A stretch of 20,666 bases of DNA from contig JAUXAS010000006.1 in NCBI GenBank assembly GCA_030619825.1, positions 1 to 20,666 of the forward strand. The letters are read 5' to 3'. Each line of letters starts with the position of its first letter. Position 1 is the stretch's first letter. The notes under the pieces were generated by a model. The model was given only the letters and a program-made list of their open reading frames with translations. It was not told the origin of the DNA and made no database searches. The translations under genes and the position numbers were made by a program. Shown here one piece after another: positions 1-7,113 of this stretch. The stretch comes from Hadesarchaea archaeon (GTDB lineage Archaea; Hadarchaeota; Hadarchaeia; Hadarchaeales; Hadarchaeaceae).

Positions 1-20
1 CAAAAAAAATAAAAAAAGAG
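1..20 (-). terminator. Oligo-T terminator downstream of albA
   Basis: Minus strand reads CTCTTTTTTTATTTTTTTTG starting about 12 nt after the albA stop, a typical archaeal U-tract. Confidence 0.6.
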
Positions 21-31
21 CGCTGGAGGGT

Positions 32-361
32 CTACTTACTCCTTCCAAGCACTATTTCGACGGTCGAAACATTGGCCGCGCCGCGCTCGCCTTGAACCTC
101 TTCAGTCCCAATCAAAATGTTTTTCACTTGGAGCCCCTGCATGAAGCGATTTTTGGTAATCTCCGCAACATCGACGGCCCTGCTGATTGCTCTACCTCGT
201 GCCTTCAAGATAACATCCCCGGAACCCATGTTGAACTGCGTTATCACTGCAAGCACGTAGTTCATCACGGGCTTTATCCCGATAAAAACCACGTTCTCCG
301 CAGCTTGTCTTTCCTTCACCACAGGTTTCTCTTCAGTCACGGCAGGTTTCTCTTCAGCCAT
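32..361 (-). CDS. albA: DNA/RNA-binding chromatin protein Alba
   Basis: Alba motifs [26 protein letters not shown] and VSTVEIVL. Start moved to ATG 361 because GGAGG lies at 371-375 on the minus strand. Confidence 0.96.
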   Translation of the reverse strand: MAEEKPAVTEEKPVVKERQAAENVVFIGIKPVMNYVLAVITQFNMGSGDVILKARGRAISRAVDVAEITKNRFMQGLQVKNILIGTEEVQGERGAANVSTVEIVLGRSK

Positions 362-410
362 TGTACCTTGCCTCCCTTTGTTTTTAGACAATTCTCTCTA
401 TCCTCGGCAT

Positions 411-426
411 TCATAAATACCTTTTG
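411..426 (-). promoter_or_regulatory. BRE/TATA promoter of albA
   Basis: Minus strand CAAAAGGTATTTATGA about 50 nt upstream of the ATG. Confidence 0.6.
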
Positions 427-678
427 GGGGTCGAACCAAGGGCAGGAAAAGTTAAATATTCCAACTTTTTATAGGGTTCCTAGTTTCGGGCCTGAAATGT
501 ATCCATCCAAGCAATTTGATAACCTTTTAGGCCAATTCACACCTGTTGAGAGTGTGTAACACGAAAAATCCAATTAAAAATGCTTCTTTTTTGAGCGTGG
601 AAAATGGGCACTGGTCAAAAGGGTCAGGTAGATGAGCATTTAGTGTGATCCTTTATGTTAAGGGTCGAGAGCGGGTGA

Positions 679-1086
679 CTAACGCCGTCGTGGGACTTCC
701 TTTGTAAGCTGTACCATTCGCTTTTCGATCCTGTCCCGCAGCTCATCCATGTTTCCTTCGCCGCGAGCCAGCGTGACGTAGTCGAGCATGTCGTCTACCA
801 TGAGCTCGGCGGTTTCGGCTTCGAGGATTCCCGCGTAGACAGCTAGCTCGAGCGTGTAAAACGAGCGCATGATGGCGTCACGCCCCCTCCACCAGCGCTT
901 CCAGGCCCCAGGCCTCTGGATGCGGAGCTTCTCGGCGAGCTCTTCAAAGGTCGCGCCCTCGCTCCAGTAGTGAAGGAGCATGGTTTTGAGCGTTTTTTCG
1001 TCCAAGTGGGACCTCTCCAGCAGTGCGCGTGCGAGCAGATTCTCGCGCAGCCATTTTTCAGCTCGAACGAATTCCTCTCTTGGCAT
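679..1086 (-). CDS. Uncharacterised archaeal helix-turn-helix protein
   Basis: GATFEELAEKLRIQRPGAWKRWWRG is HTH-like (sigma region 4-like). GGAGG RBS at 1091-1095. All-helical C-terminus. Confidence 0.75.
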   Translation of the reverse strand: MPREEFVRAEKWLRENLLARALLERSHLDEKTLKTMLLHYWSEGATFEELAEKLRIQRPGAWKRWWRGRDAIMRSFYTLELAVYAGILEAETAELMVDDMLDYVTLARGEGNMDELRDRIEKRMVQLTKEVPRRR

Positions 1087-1098
1087 ATGTCCTCCACA

Positions 1099-1136
1099 TG
1101 TTTCCCTTTTTTGGAAACAAGATTAAAAACCTATTG
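1099..1136 (-). promoter_or_regulatory. TATA box plus inverted-repeat operator upstream of the HTH gene
   Basis: Minus-strand AATAGGTTTTTAATC (1135-1121) is followed by the perfect IR TGTTTCC-N7-GGAAACA (1099-1119). Confidence 0.55.
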
Positions 1137-1145
1137 GAAAAAGAG

Positions 1146-2024
1146 TCACCTTAGGAATGGAAGAGCCCGTTTTAGGGGTGGGCGCTTGTTTGCTGCCTTT
1201 ACAATGCGCGCGTCGATCGGCACATCCATCTCCGCAGCATGGTGAATAGCGTTGCTCGCGGCCTTCAAGGCCGACCTCGGGACTCCCTTGCTGAGTTTGT
1301 AGAGCGATTTAAATCCACTTGGGATCAACAAACCATCGTAGTTGGTGCATCCAGCGTTTTTGAGGCGGAGTTCGAGTAGTTCCTTGAGATTTTTCCTGTC
1401 CATCGGCCTTAGCTTGGCGTGTACTTGTATGCGGTCGAGCAGCGCGGGCACTTTAGCGAGGAATCGTCGCATCTGTTTGAGCTCACCATTGAGGAGGATT
1501 GAGATATTTGGGATGTCAGACAGCACGCGCAGAAATTCACTAACCTCAATCACGTCTGCGCCGCTCTCGGAGATGTCGTCGATGATCACCGCTAGCCGCT
1601 CTTGGTGCTCATGCGGCCATCGGCGCAGGATTTCGAAGAGGCTCGCTTGGTCTTTATTGGCGTCCATCTCCAGCCCCAGAATTATCGCGCGCAGCAGCTC
1701 GTCGGCCGATCTGTACGTGGCGCCGTGGATGAGGATGGGCAGGACGTGTTTTGAAGGATCGGGTGCGGTTAGGCTTTCCTCCCTCAGTGAGGCGGCCAAG
1801 AACTTGCAGGCGGTCGTTTTGCCCATTCCCAGCGCGCCCGTAAGGACGCCGATCTTACCCTCAGACAGCAACCATTTGAGCTTGCGCAGGTCATCCTTTT
1901 GAAATGGGGCAAATGCATCCACCGAGGGTAGTTCGAGCTCGAATGGGTCGCTCTGCAGCCCCCAACGCTGGAGGTAGCTCTCAAAACGCTGGTCGCGACC
2001 GATCTTTTCCTCGAATGTGGTCAT
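1146..2024 (-). CDS. ExeA/GspA-like AAA+ ATPase
   Basis: N-terminal WGLQSDPF, Walker A GALGMGKT, Walker B VIIDD, arginine finger LLDRI, sensor-2 SKGVPR. ATGA overlap with the upstream gene. Confidence 0.85.
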   Translation of the reverse strand: MTTFEEKIGRDQRFESYLQRWGLQSDPFELELPSVDAFAPFQKDDLRKLKWLLSEGKIGVLTGALGMGKTTACKFLAASLREESLTAPDPSKHVLPILIHGATYRSADELLRAIILGLEMDANKDQASLFEILRRWPHEHQERLAVIIDDISESGADVIEVSEFLRVLSDIPNISILLNGELKQMRRFLAKVPALLDRIQVHAKLRPMDRKNLKELLELRLKNAGCTNYDGLLIPSGFKSLYKLSKGVPRSALKAASNAIHHAAEMDVPIDARIVKAANKRPPLKRALPFLR

Positions 2025-2824
2025 CTCGCTACCCTCACTTGCAGTTCAAATGATCCATTTTTACTCGTTAGGTAACCGCGAGCGCTCATTCGTTCACAAA
2101 ATGTCTTCGTGAGCGCTTCCGGGCAGCGGGCCCGGGAGGCGAGATCTTTGGGTGTGAATGTTTTCAATACAATGGCTGCCGAGAGAAGGTCCCCGAAAAC
2201 GGTGCGTTGAGTCAATCCAGCGGGTGCGAGTACATCGAGGATGGCGTGGCGAGGGGCTTCTGCTATCTTTGGGGTAATAGGAGCCGGCCGAATCTCTTCC
2301 TTTATCGTTTTTTCGGGCTTTTGGACGGGTATTTCGGGCGATATGAGCACTTCGGGCGATATTCTACGCTTTTGGACCCGTGGAGGAGCTCTATGTGCTT
2401 CTTGGTGGCATTTCTGGCAAAGCGTGACCAAATTATCTGGATTGTTCCGGCTCGTTCCATCTTTATGATGCACTCCGAGGAGCTCTTTTCCACCACATTT
2501 CGAGCAAGTGTAATCATCTCTGATAAGAGTAGCTCTTTTCACAAGCTCCCAGTCATCTCGATGGTAAGAAAAGACGTAGCTTAAGAAGATTGAAAGGTGC
2601 CCATTTTTTGGGAAGGTGGGCTGAGGGGACAACGGAGGCGAAACTACGGACGGTTTTTCCAGCAAACGTTCTATTTCACCCTCAGGTATCCTCCTTTGAC
2701 CCCCTTCTGGACGCACGACTTTGATTTTTCCTTCTTTGTCCCACCGTCTGATCGTGTTTGGGTGTACCCCCAGTAAGGTGCACGCTTCCTTCATTGTATA
2801 CAGCTTTTTCAACTCTGCCACCAC
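2021..2824 (-). CDS. MerR/excisionase-type HTH + HNH endonuclease + Pro-rich linker + probable C-terminal winged helix
   Basis: YTMKEACTLLGVHPNTIRRWDKEGKI...GGQRRI (MerR/Xis HTH); RDDYTCSKCG..GVHHKD....NNPDNLVTLCQKCHQEAH (Zn-binding HNH); FTPKDLASRA...MSARGYL..KNGSFEL (wHTH-like). GTG start. Confidence 0.85.
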   Translation of the reverse strand: MVAELKKLYTMKEACTLLGVHPNTIRRWDKEGKIKVVRPEGGQRRIPEGEIERLLEKPSVVSPPLSPQPTFPKNGHLSIFLSYVFSYHRDDWELVKRATLIRDDYTCSKCGGKELLGVHHKDGTSRNNPDNLVTLCQKCHQEAHRAPPRVQKRRISPEVLISPEIPVQKPEKTIKEEIRPAPITPKIAEAPRHAILDVLAPAGLTQRTVFGDLLSAAIVLKTFTPKDLASRARCPEALTKTFCERMSARGYLTSKNGSFELQVRVAR

Positions 2825-2960
2825 TTCACTCTTTTTAACAACTTTTCACTTCTCCTAACAACATTAGTTTTAGTTTTACCTTAAAAAGTTAACTATTCCT
2901 GACTGCAATTGAGGAATTTTTAACAAAAGCTAACAAAATTGGGGTTAAAAAGCTAACAAA
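2825..2960. repeat. Cluster of TAACAA direct repeats around the promoter of the MerR-HNH gene
   Basis: TAACAA at 2836, 2856, 2921, 2931 and 2954. TTCACT-N5-TAACAAC occurs twice with a 20-bp period. Minus-strand TATA-like AACTTTTTAAGG at about 2890-2879. Confidence 0.6.
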
Positions 2961-3969
2961 TTCTAGGCGCGGGATCCCCGACAGGCGACTCTAGCAAGCG
3001 CCGCCCCCCGACAACCGTTTCAAGTATCACATCGCTGGGGTGGTCGGTTGTCACTTCGCCTATTACACAGGCTTTTTTGCCGTATTTTGTCTTTAGGACC
3101 GCAGCGAGAACCTCATCGCAGCGCTCGGGTTCAACCCCGATGATTGCCTTACCCTCGTTTGTTATCTGGAGTGGGTCAATGCCCAGCATTTCGCTCATCG
3201 ACCTAACTGCGGGCAGAATCGGGATGTCAGCTTCATTCACTAGGATCCCAACTTTCGCCTTCGAGGCCATATCGTTAAGCGCAGCCGCTAAACCTCCACG
3301 TGTTGGATCCTTCATTGCCGTCACCCCACCTGCTTTAAGAGCAGCTTCGACGGTTTCCCAAAGGGGCGCGACATCAGAGCTAAGGTCAACATCGACGCTG
3401 ATACCTTCCCGGTGAGCTAAAATGCTGACTCCATGGTCTCCGATGGTCCCGGTGACGATGATTTTGTCCCCCGGTTTAAGGCCGTGATCGGTAACTAGGG
3501 TTTCGGCCACACCTATTCCAGTGGTGGTGAGTACTACTCCATCGAGCGCCCCCCGCTCCATGACCTTCGTGTCGCCCGTTATCAACGGGACATTTGCCTC
3601 CCGCGTAGCGGCATCGATCGATTGACAGATTTTCCGGAAATCTTCAACCAAAAATCCCTCCTCGAGCACGGCGGCGCACGCCATCGCCAGTGGGCGGGCT
3701 CCCATCACCGCGAGGTCGTTCACCGTGCCAGCAATTGCGAGCCTGCCTATGTCGCCCCCAGGGAAGAAAAGTGGTTTGACGGTGTGGGAGTCGGTTGTCA
3801 GCACGAGGGTTTTGTCGCCAAGCGATATCGTAGCCCCATCGTCTAGTTCATCTAGCCCAACCTCTCCCGCACGCCTAAGCGAGAGCTCTTTCAGCGCGAC
3901 ATCTACAATGAATTTCATCATCGCCGTGCCGCCGGCCCCATGAATTAGCGAGATTTTCTCATCCGACGT
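2953..3969 (-). CDS. hypE: Hydrogenase maturation carbamoyl dehydratase HypE
   Basis: Motifs TTDSHTVKPLFFPGGDIG, GTVNDLA, TGDTKV, KDPTRGG and C-terminal PRIC. The conserved N-terminal ISLIHGAGG lies upstream of the called ATG (3921) and is preceded only by ACG at 3969; the start position is less certain than the identity. Confidence 0.93.
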   Translation of the reverse strand, partial: TSDEKISLIHGAGGTAMMKFIVDVALKELSLRRAGEVGLDELDDGATISLGDKTLVLTTDSHTVKPLFFPGGDIGRLAIAGTVNDLAVMGARPLAMACAAVLEEGFLVEDFRKICQSIDAATREANVPLITGDTKVMERGALDGVVLTTTGIGVAETLVTDHGLKPGDKIIVTGTIGDHGVSILAHREGISVDVDLSSDVAPLWETVEAALKAGGVTAMKDPTRGGLAAALNDMASKAKVGILVNEADIPILPAVRSMSEMLGIDPLQITNEGKAIIGVEPERCDEVLAAVLKTKYGKKACVIGEVTTDHPSDVILETVVGGRRLLESPVGDPAPRIC

Positions 3970-4334
3970 TTTTTAACCCCCTTCTCAAGTTTCACATTTA
4001 CAATTTCGAGCTCGGTGCCCGAAGTTAGAGATGCTCCATGCCTGCCGCATTTTGGGCAGGCAATTCCAAGCCCGGGCTCCGGCAGGTGGGTGTCCAAGCT
4101 TTTTGCTTTGCCGGAGTAGCCGCACTTGCACTTAATCATAATTGGCACCCTGACGATGTTAAATCCCGTTGAGTTGAACTCGTCACCCCCAAGCTTCTTC
4201 AGCCATAGCCTCAGGGAGCTGGGCTCGTTGATTTCACCCACACGCAAATTTACCTCAAGGATCCGTGCTCCTCGGTCGGCCGATATTTGGTGGAGGGCCT
4301 TTAGCACGCGAGTTGCAAGCTCGACCTCATGCAC
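3945..4334 (-). CDS. hypA: Hydrogenase nickel metallochaperone HypA
   Basis: MHE start (GTG), CKCG and CPKC zinc site, SGTELEI C-terminal strand. Confidence 0.93.
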   Translation of the reverse strand: MHEVELATRVLKALHQISADRGARILEVNLRVGEINEPSSLRLWLKKLGGDEFNSTGFNIVRVPIMIKCKCGYSGKAKSLDTHLPEPGLGIACPKCGRHGASLTSGTELEIVNVKLEKGVKKRRMRKSR

Positions 4335-4554
4335 CGGCTACACCTCGGGTCACTTCATCCCAGGAGCTGAGGATTTCCTTGGCCTTGGTTTCATCTAGTA
4401 CCTGGATGGCGTAGCCCGCATGAACGAGCACGTAGTCGCCCTCACGCACGTTCCCGAGCAAATCTAGCTTGACCTCCCGCCGCGCACCGCCAAAATCAAC
4501 GGCCGCGACCTGTCCATCGATTTTCAACACTTTACCTGGGATCGCGAGACACAT
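4327..4554 (-). CDS. hypC: Hydrogenase assembly chaperone HypC
   Basis: MCLAIPGKV start at ATG 4554 with a GAGGGG RBS; GDYVLVHAGYAI motif. Confidence 0.96.
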   Translation of the reverse strand: MCLAIPGKVLKIDGQVAAVDFGGARREVKLDLLGNVREGDYVLVHAGYAIQVLDETKAKEILSSWDEVTRGVAGA

Positions 4555-4627
4555 CCGGCTTCTCCCCTCGGCCATCTTACTAGATTAACCTTTTCAATGC
4601 TTATTGGGTTTATCTATTGTGGTATTT

Positions 4628-5323
4628 ATGCCGGCGAAATTTGACTTTCACGTGCACACGATGTACTCAGACGGCGTGGGGACGGCCGCGGCGATGGCGG
4701 AGGCGGCAGAGGCACGGGGATTGGAAGCGGTCGCCCTCACCGATCACGGACCCGAGTTGAGCGTGGGTACCCCCCGAGAGAAACTCACCCCCATGCTGCA
4801 GGACATCAGGCTGGCGCAGGAGGACGCGGGTATCCCGGTACTAGCCGGCATCGAGGCGAACGTGGTGGACGAGGGGGGAACTATCGATGTCGATGACGAG
4901 TTCATCGGGAAGCTAGACATCTTGGTGGTCGGTATTCACAAGCTAGGGAAGGCTAAGGATTCAGTTGAGCTCGCTAGAGATTACCTGGGGAGGGCAACCC
5001 ATGCGATCGAGCGCCACAAAATCGATGTCTTGGCGCACCCGTTTTACTTTCATCGCGATTTGGCACCTCACCTTTTACCGGAAGACCTCGAAAATTTCGT
5101 GAGGCTCGCGGCTGGACGCGGGGCAGCGATGGAAGTTAACATGAAATATCGGGTGCCCGGCGAGGAGTTCTTGAGGCTCTGCTTGCATGAAGGGGTTAAG
5201 TTGAGCATAGGCACCGATGCCCACACCACGGGTGAGGTTGGCAGGGTCGATTGGGCGCTTGGGGTACTCCAGCGCATAGGGGCGAGACGCGAAGATCTAA
5301 TTTTGGACGGCTTTTTAAGGTGA
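4628..5323 (+). CDS. PHP-family metal-dependent phosphoesterase
   Basis: Metal-ligand motifs DFHVHTMYSDG, TDH, GIE, GIH, LAHP and GTDAH. ATG 4628 is preferred over TTG 4604. Confidence 0.9.
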   Translation: MPAKFDFHVHTMYSDGVGTAAAMAEAAEARGLEAVALTDHGPELSVGTPREKLTPMLQDIRLAQEDAGIPVLAGIEANVVDEGGTIDVDDEFIGKLDILVVGIHKLGKAKDSVELARDYLGRATHAIERHKIDVLAHPFYFHRDLAPHLLPEDLENFVRLAAGRGAAMEVNMKYRVPGEEFLRLCLHEGVKLSIGTDAHTTGEVGRVDWALGVLQRIGARREDLILDGFLR

Positions 5324-5327
5324 GGAC

Positions 5328-5807
5328 GTGCCGCTTGAGCTTTCTTCCTTCCTAAAAGGCGCAGACCGCGTGGCGATCGTTGGCGTTGGGAGTGAGATGC
5401 GGGGGGACGATGCAGCTGGTATCGAGGTCGTGCGTGGGCTGAGGCATAAGCTCAAGTCGTCAAGGGTGCTTTTGGTTGAGGGCGGAGTGGCGCCGGAGAG
5501 CTTCACTTCAACTATCAGACGGTTCAAACCCTCACACGTGATTTTTATCGACGCAACCGACTTCGGCGCCGAGCCTGGCGAAGTAATCTTAGCAGAGCCC
5601 GAGGCCATCACCGGCCAATCCATCTCGACCCACACTCTGCCGCTTTCCATCCTCGCGGGCTACCTTCGAGAACAGACGGGGGCGAAAATAATACTGTTAG
5701 GGATTCAGCCGGCACGGGCGCAGATGGGCGCGGAGATGGGTGAGCCGATAAAGGACGCGGTTGAGAAAGTCGATGAAGCTTTGCTGAGGGCGCTTGGCTC
5801 ACTTTAG
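5328..5807 (+). CDS. hycI: Hydrogenase maturation endopeptidase HycI
   Basis: Motifs GVGSEMRGDDAAG, PESF, FIDA, STHTLPL and GIQP. Adjacent to a group 4 hydrogenase whose large subunit has a C-terminal extension. Confidence 0.93.
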   Translation: MPLELSSFLKGADRVAIVGVGSEMRGDDAAGIEVVRGLRHKLKSSRVLLVEGGVAPESFTSTIRRFKPSHVIFIDATDFGAEPGEVILAEPEAITGQSISTHTLPLSILAGYLREQTGAKIILLGIQPARAQMGAEMGEPIKDAVEKVDEALLRALGSL

Positions 5808-5833
5808 CTTGCTTCGAGCATGGCACACGTGTA

Positions 5834-6160
5834 TCATTCGGACCTAGCTTGCTGTATGTCGAAGGTCGCGAGCTCGAAGTTCTTGGTCATTGTGATTGCG
5901 CGCGTCGGGCAGGCCTCGGCGCATTCCCCGCAGAATGTGCAGCGCCCATGCCATATGCTCGGTTTTTTGGTTTCCTTGTTCACGCTTATCGCCCGATCCG
6001 GACAAGCTTTGATGCAGAGCCAGCAACGGATGCACTTCTCCTTATCGATGACTGGCGCGCCGCGGAAGCCCTCGGGCGGCTCCACCTTGACGTAGGGGTA
6101 CTTCACCGTGAAGGGCTTGCGGAAGATGTTCTTTACAACAGTGAGCAGGATCTTCGGCAT
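5834..6160 (-). CDS. mbhN: Mbh subunit N, 2x[4Fe-4S] ferredoxin-like (NuoI-like)
   Basis: MPKILL...TVKYP, FRG, CIRCWLCIKACP and CTFCGECAEACP. The real start is ATG 6160; the upstream part of the 250-aa ORF is off-frame overlap with mbhM. Confidence 0.92.
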   Translation of the reverse strand: MPKILLTVVKNIFRKPFTVKYPYVKVEPPEGFRGAPVIDKEKCIRCWLCIKACPDRAISVNKETKKPSIWHGRCTFCGECAEACPTRAITMTKNFELATFDIQQARSE

Positions 6161-7113
6161 CAGGGCACCACCAGCACCAAGACTAAACTGATTATCGCAA
6201 GTAGCGCCCCAAATGTCAAATAGAACTTCAGGGCCTGGTCGATGCGTAGGCGTGCCATGATGTTTCGCAGGGTCGTCGTGATCAGCACGATGACAAGGGT
6301 TTTGATGAGAAAGTCGACAACACCGGGAATTTGCACCCCACCGATTGTGTAAGCGACTGGTCCTCCTAAGAAGAGGGCGGCGATGAACCCCGCCACGACC
6401 AGCGTTTCGATGTCGTACACGACGCGCCAGATTGCAAGCTTTGGGCCTGAGTACTCCGTCATGGCCCCGTGCACAATCTTGCTCTCGGCTTCGGGGATGT
6501 CGAATGGGACGCGCATGAGCTTTCCTTGGATGCTGGTGAACATGGCGATTAGTGCAGGTATGAGGCGCCAGTCTAGGATGAGCCAACTGTGCTGGGCCTG
6601 GTAACCAACGACCGTCGTGAGGTTAAGGGACCCAACCCGAGTGACGACGGCGATGATTACAAGGATAAATACAAGCTCGTAACTGAACAGCTGGACCACA
6701 TGGCGCGCGGCCCCAACCGAACCAAACGGGCTTCCCGAGGAGTAGCCGCCGAGCATTAGGCAGATGGCAGGGATATTGAGCAGGTAGATGATGACGATCA
6801 AGTCAGCAACCGTCGCTAGCGCGGGCTGGGCTGAGTAGACTGGCAACAAGAGCATCACCGTGACGACCGCCCCCAGGGCGATGAGAGGGACGACGTTGAA
6901 TACCAGAGATTGGGCGGCGTGCGGCGTGATGTCCTCTTTGCTCATCAGCTTGCCAACATCGAGGTATTCCTGCCAGATGGGGGGCCCTATGCGGTGCTGC
7001 ATGTGCCCGGTGACCTTACGGTCGATGCCGACGTAGAGCAACCCAATGAGGGAGGCGAAGAGCAGCCCCGGAAAGACTAGGGAGTTGAAGAAGAAGTCCA
7101 GGACCTCCATCAT
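6160..7113 (-). CDS. mbhM: Mbh subunit M, membrane anchor (NuoH-like)
   Basis: DRKVTGHMQHRIGPP, PFDIPEAE and EYSG motifs; multiple TM helices. Confidence 0.93.
   Translation of the reverse strand: MMEVLDFFFNSLVFPGLLFASLIGLLYVGIDRKVTGHMQHRIGPPIWQEYLDVGKLMSKEDITPHAAQSLVFNVVPLIALGAVVTVMLLLPVYSAQPALATVADLIVIIYLLNIPAICLMLGGYSSGSPFGSVGAARHVVQLFSYELVFILVIIAVVTRVGSLNLTTVVGYQAQHSWLILDWRLIPALIAMFTSIQGKLMRVPFDIPEAESKIVHGAMTEYSGPKLAIWRVVYDIETLVVAGFIAALFLGGPVAYTIGGVQIPGVVDFLIKTLVIVLITTTLRNIMARLRIDQALKFYLTFGALLAIISLVLVLVVP

Noticed and set aside
421..446. tRNA T-arm-like GGTTCGACCCC on the minus strand
   Set aside because: No cloverleaf or acceptor stem; it runs directly into the alba BRE/TATA.
1146..2024. 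Cdc6/Orc1 with a replication origin in 392-678
   Set aside because: The ATPase has ExeA-type motifs and no Cdc6 C-terminal wHTH; GTGGAAAA at about 597-604 is too weak and isolated to be an ORB.
2660..2824. IS607 TnpA or IS element
   Set aside because: Only the MerR-like HTH resembles it; no serine-recombinase catalytic domain and no tnpB follow.
6161..6586. Long N-terminal extensions of the ORFs called 5834..6586, 9105..9770, 18331..18840 and 19615..20451
   Set aside because: These are off-frame overlaps with upstream genes; the true starts overlap the upstream stop codons (6160, 9464, 18403, 19672).
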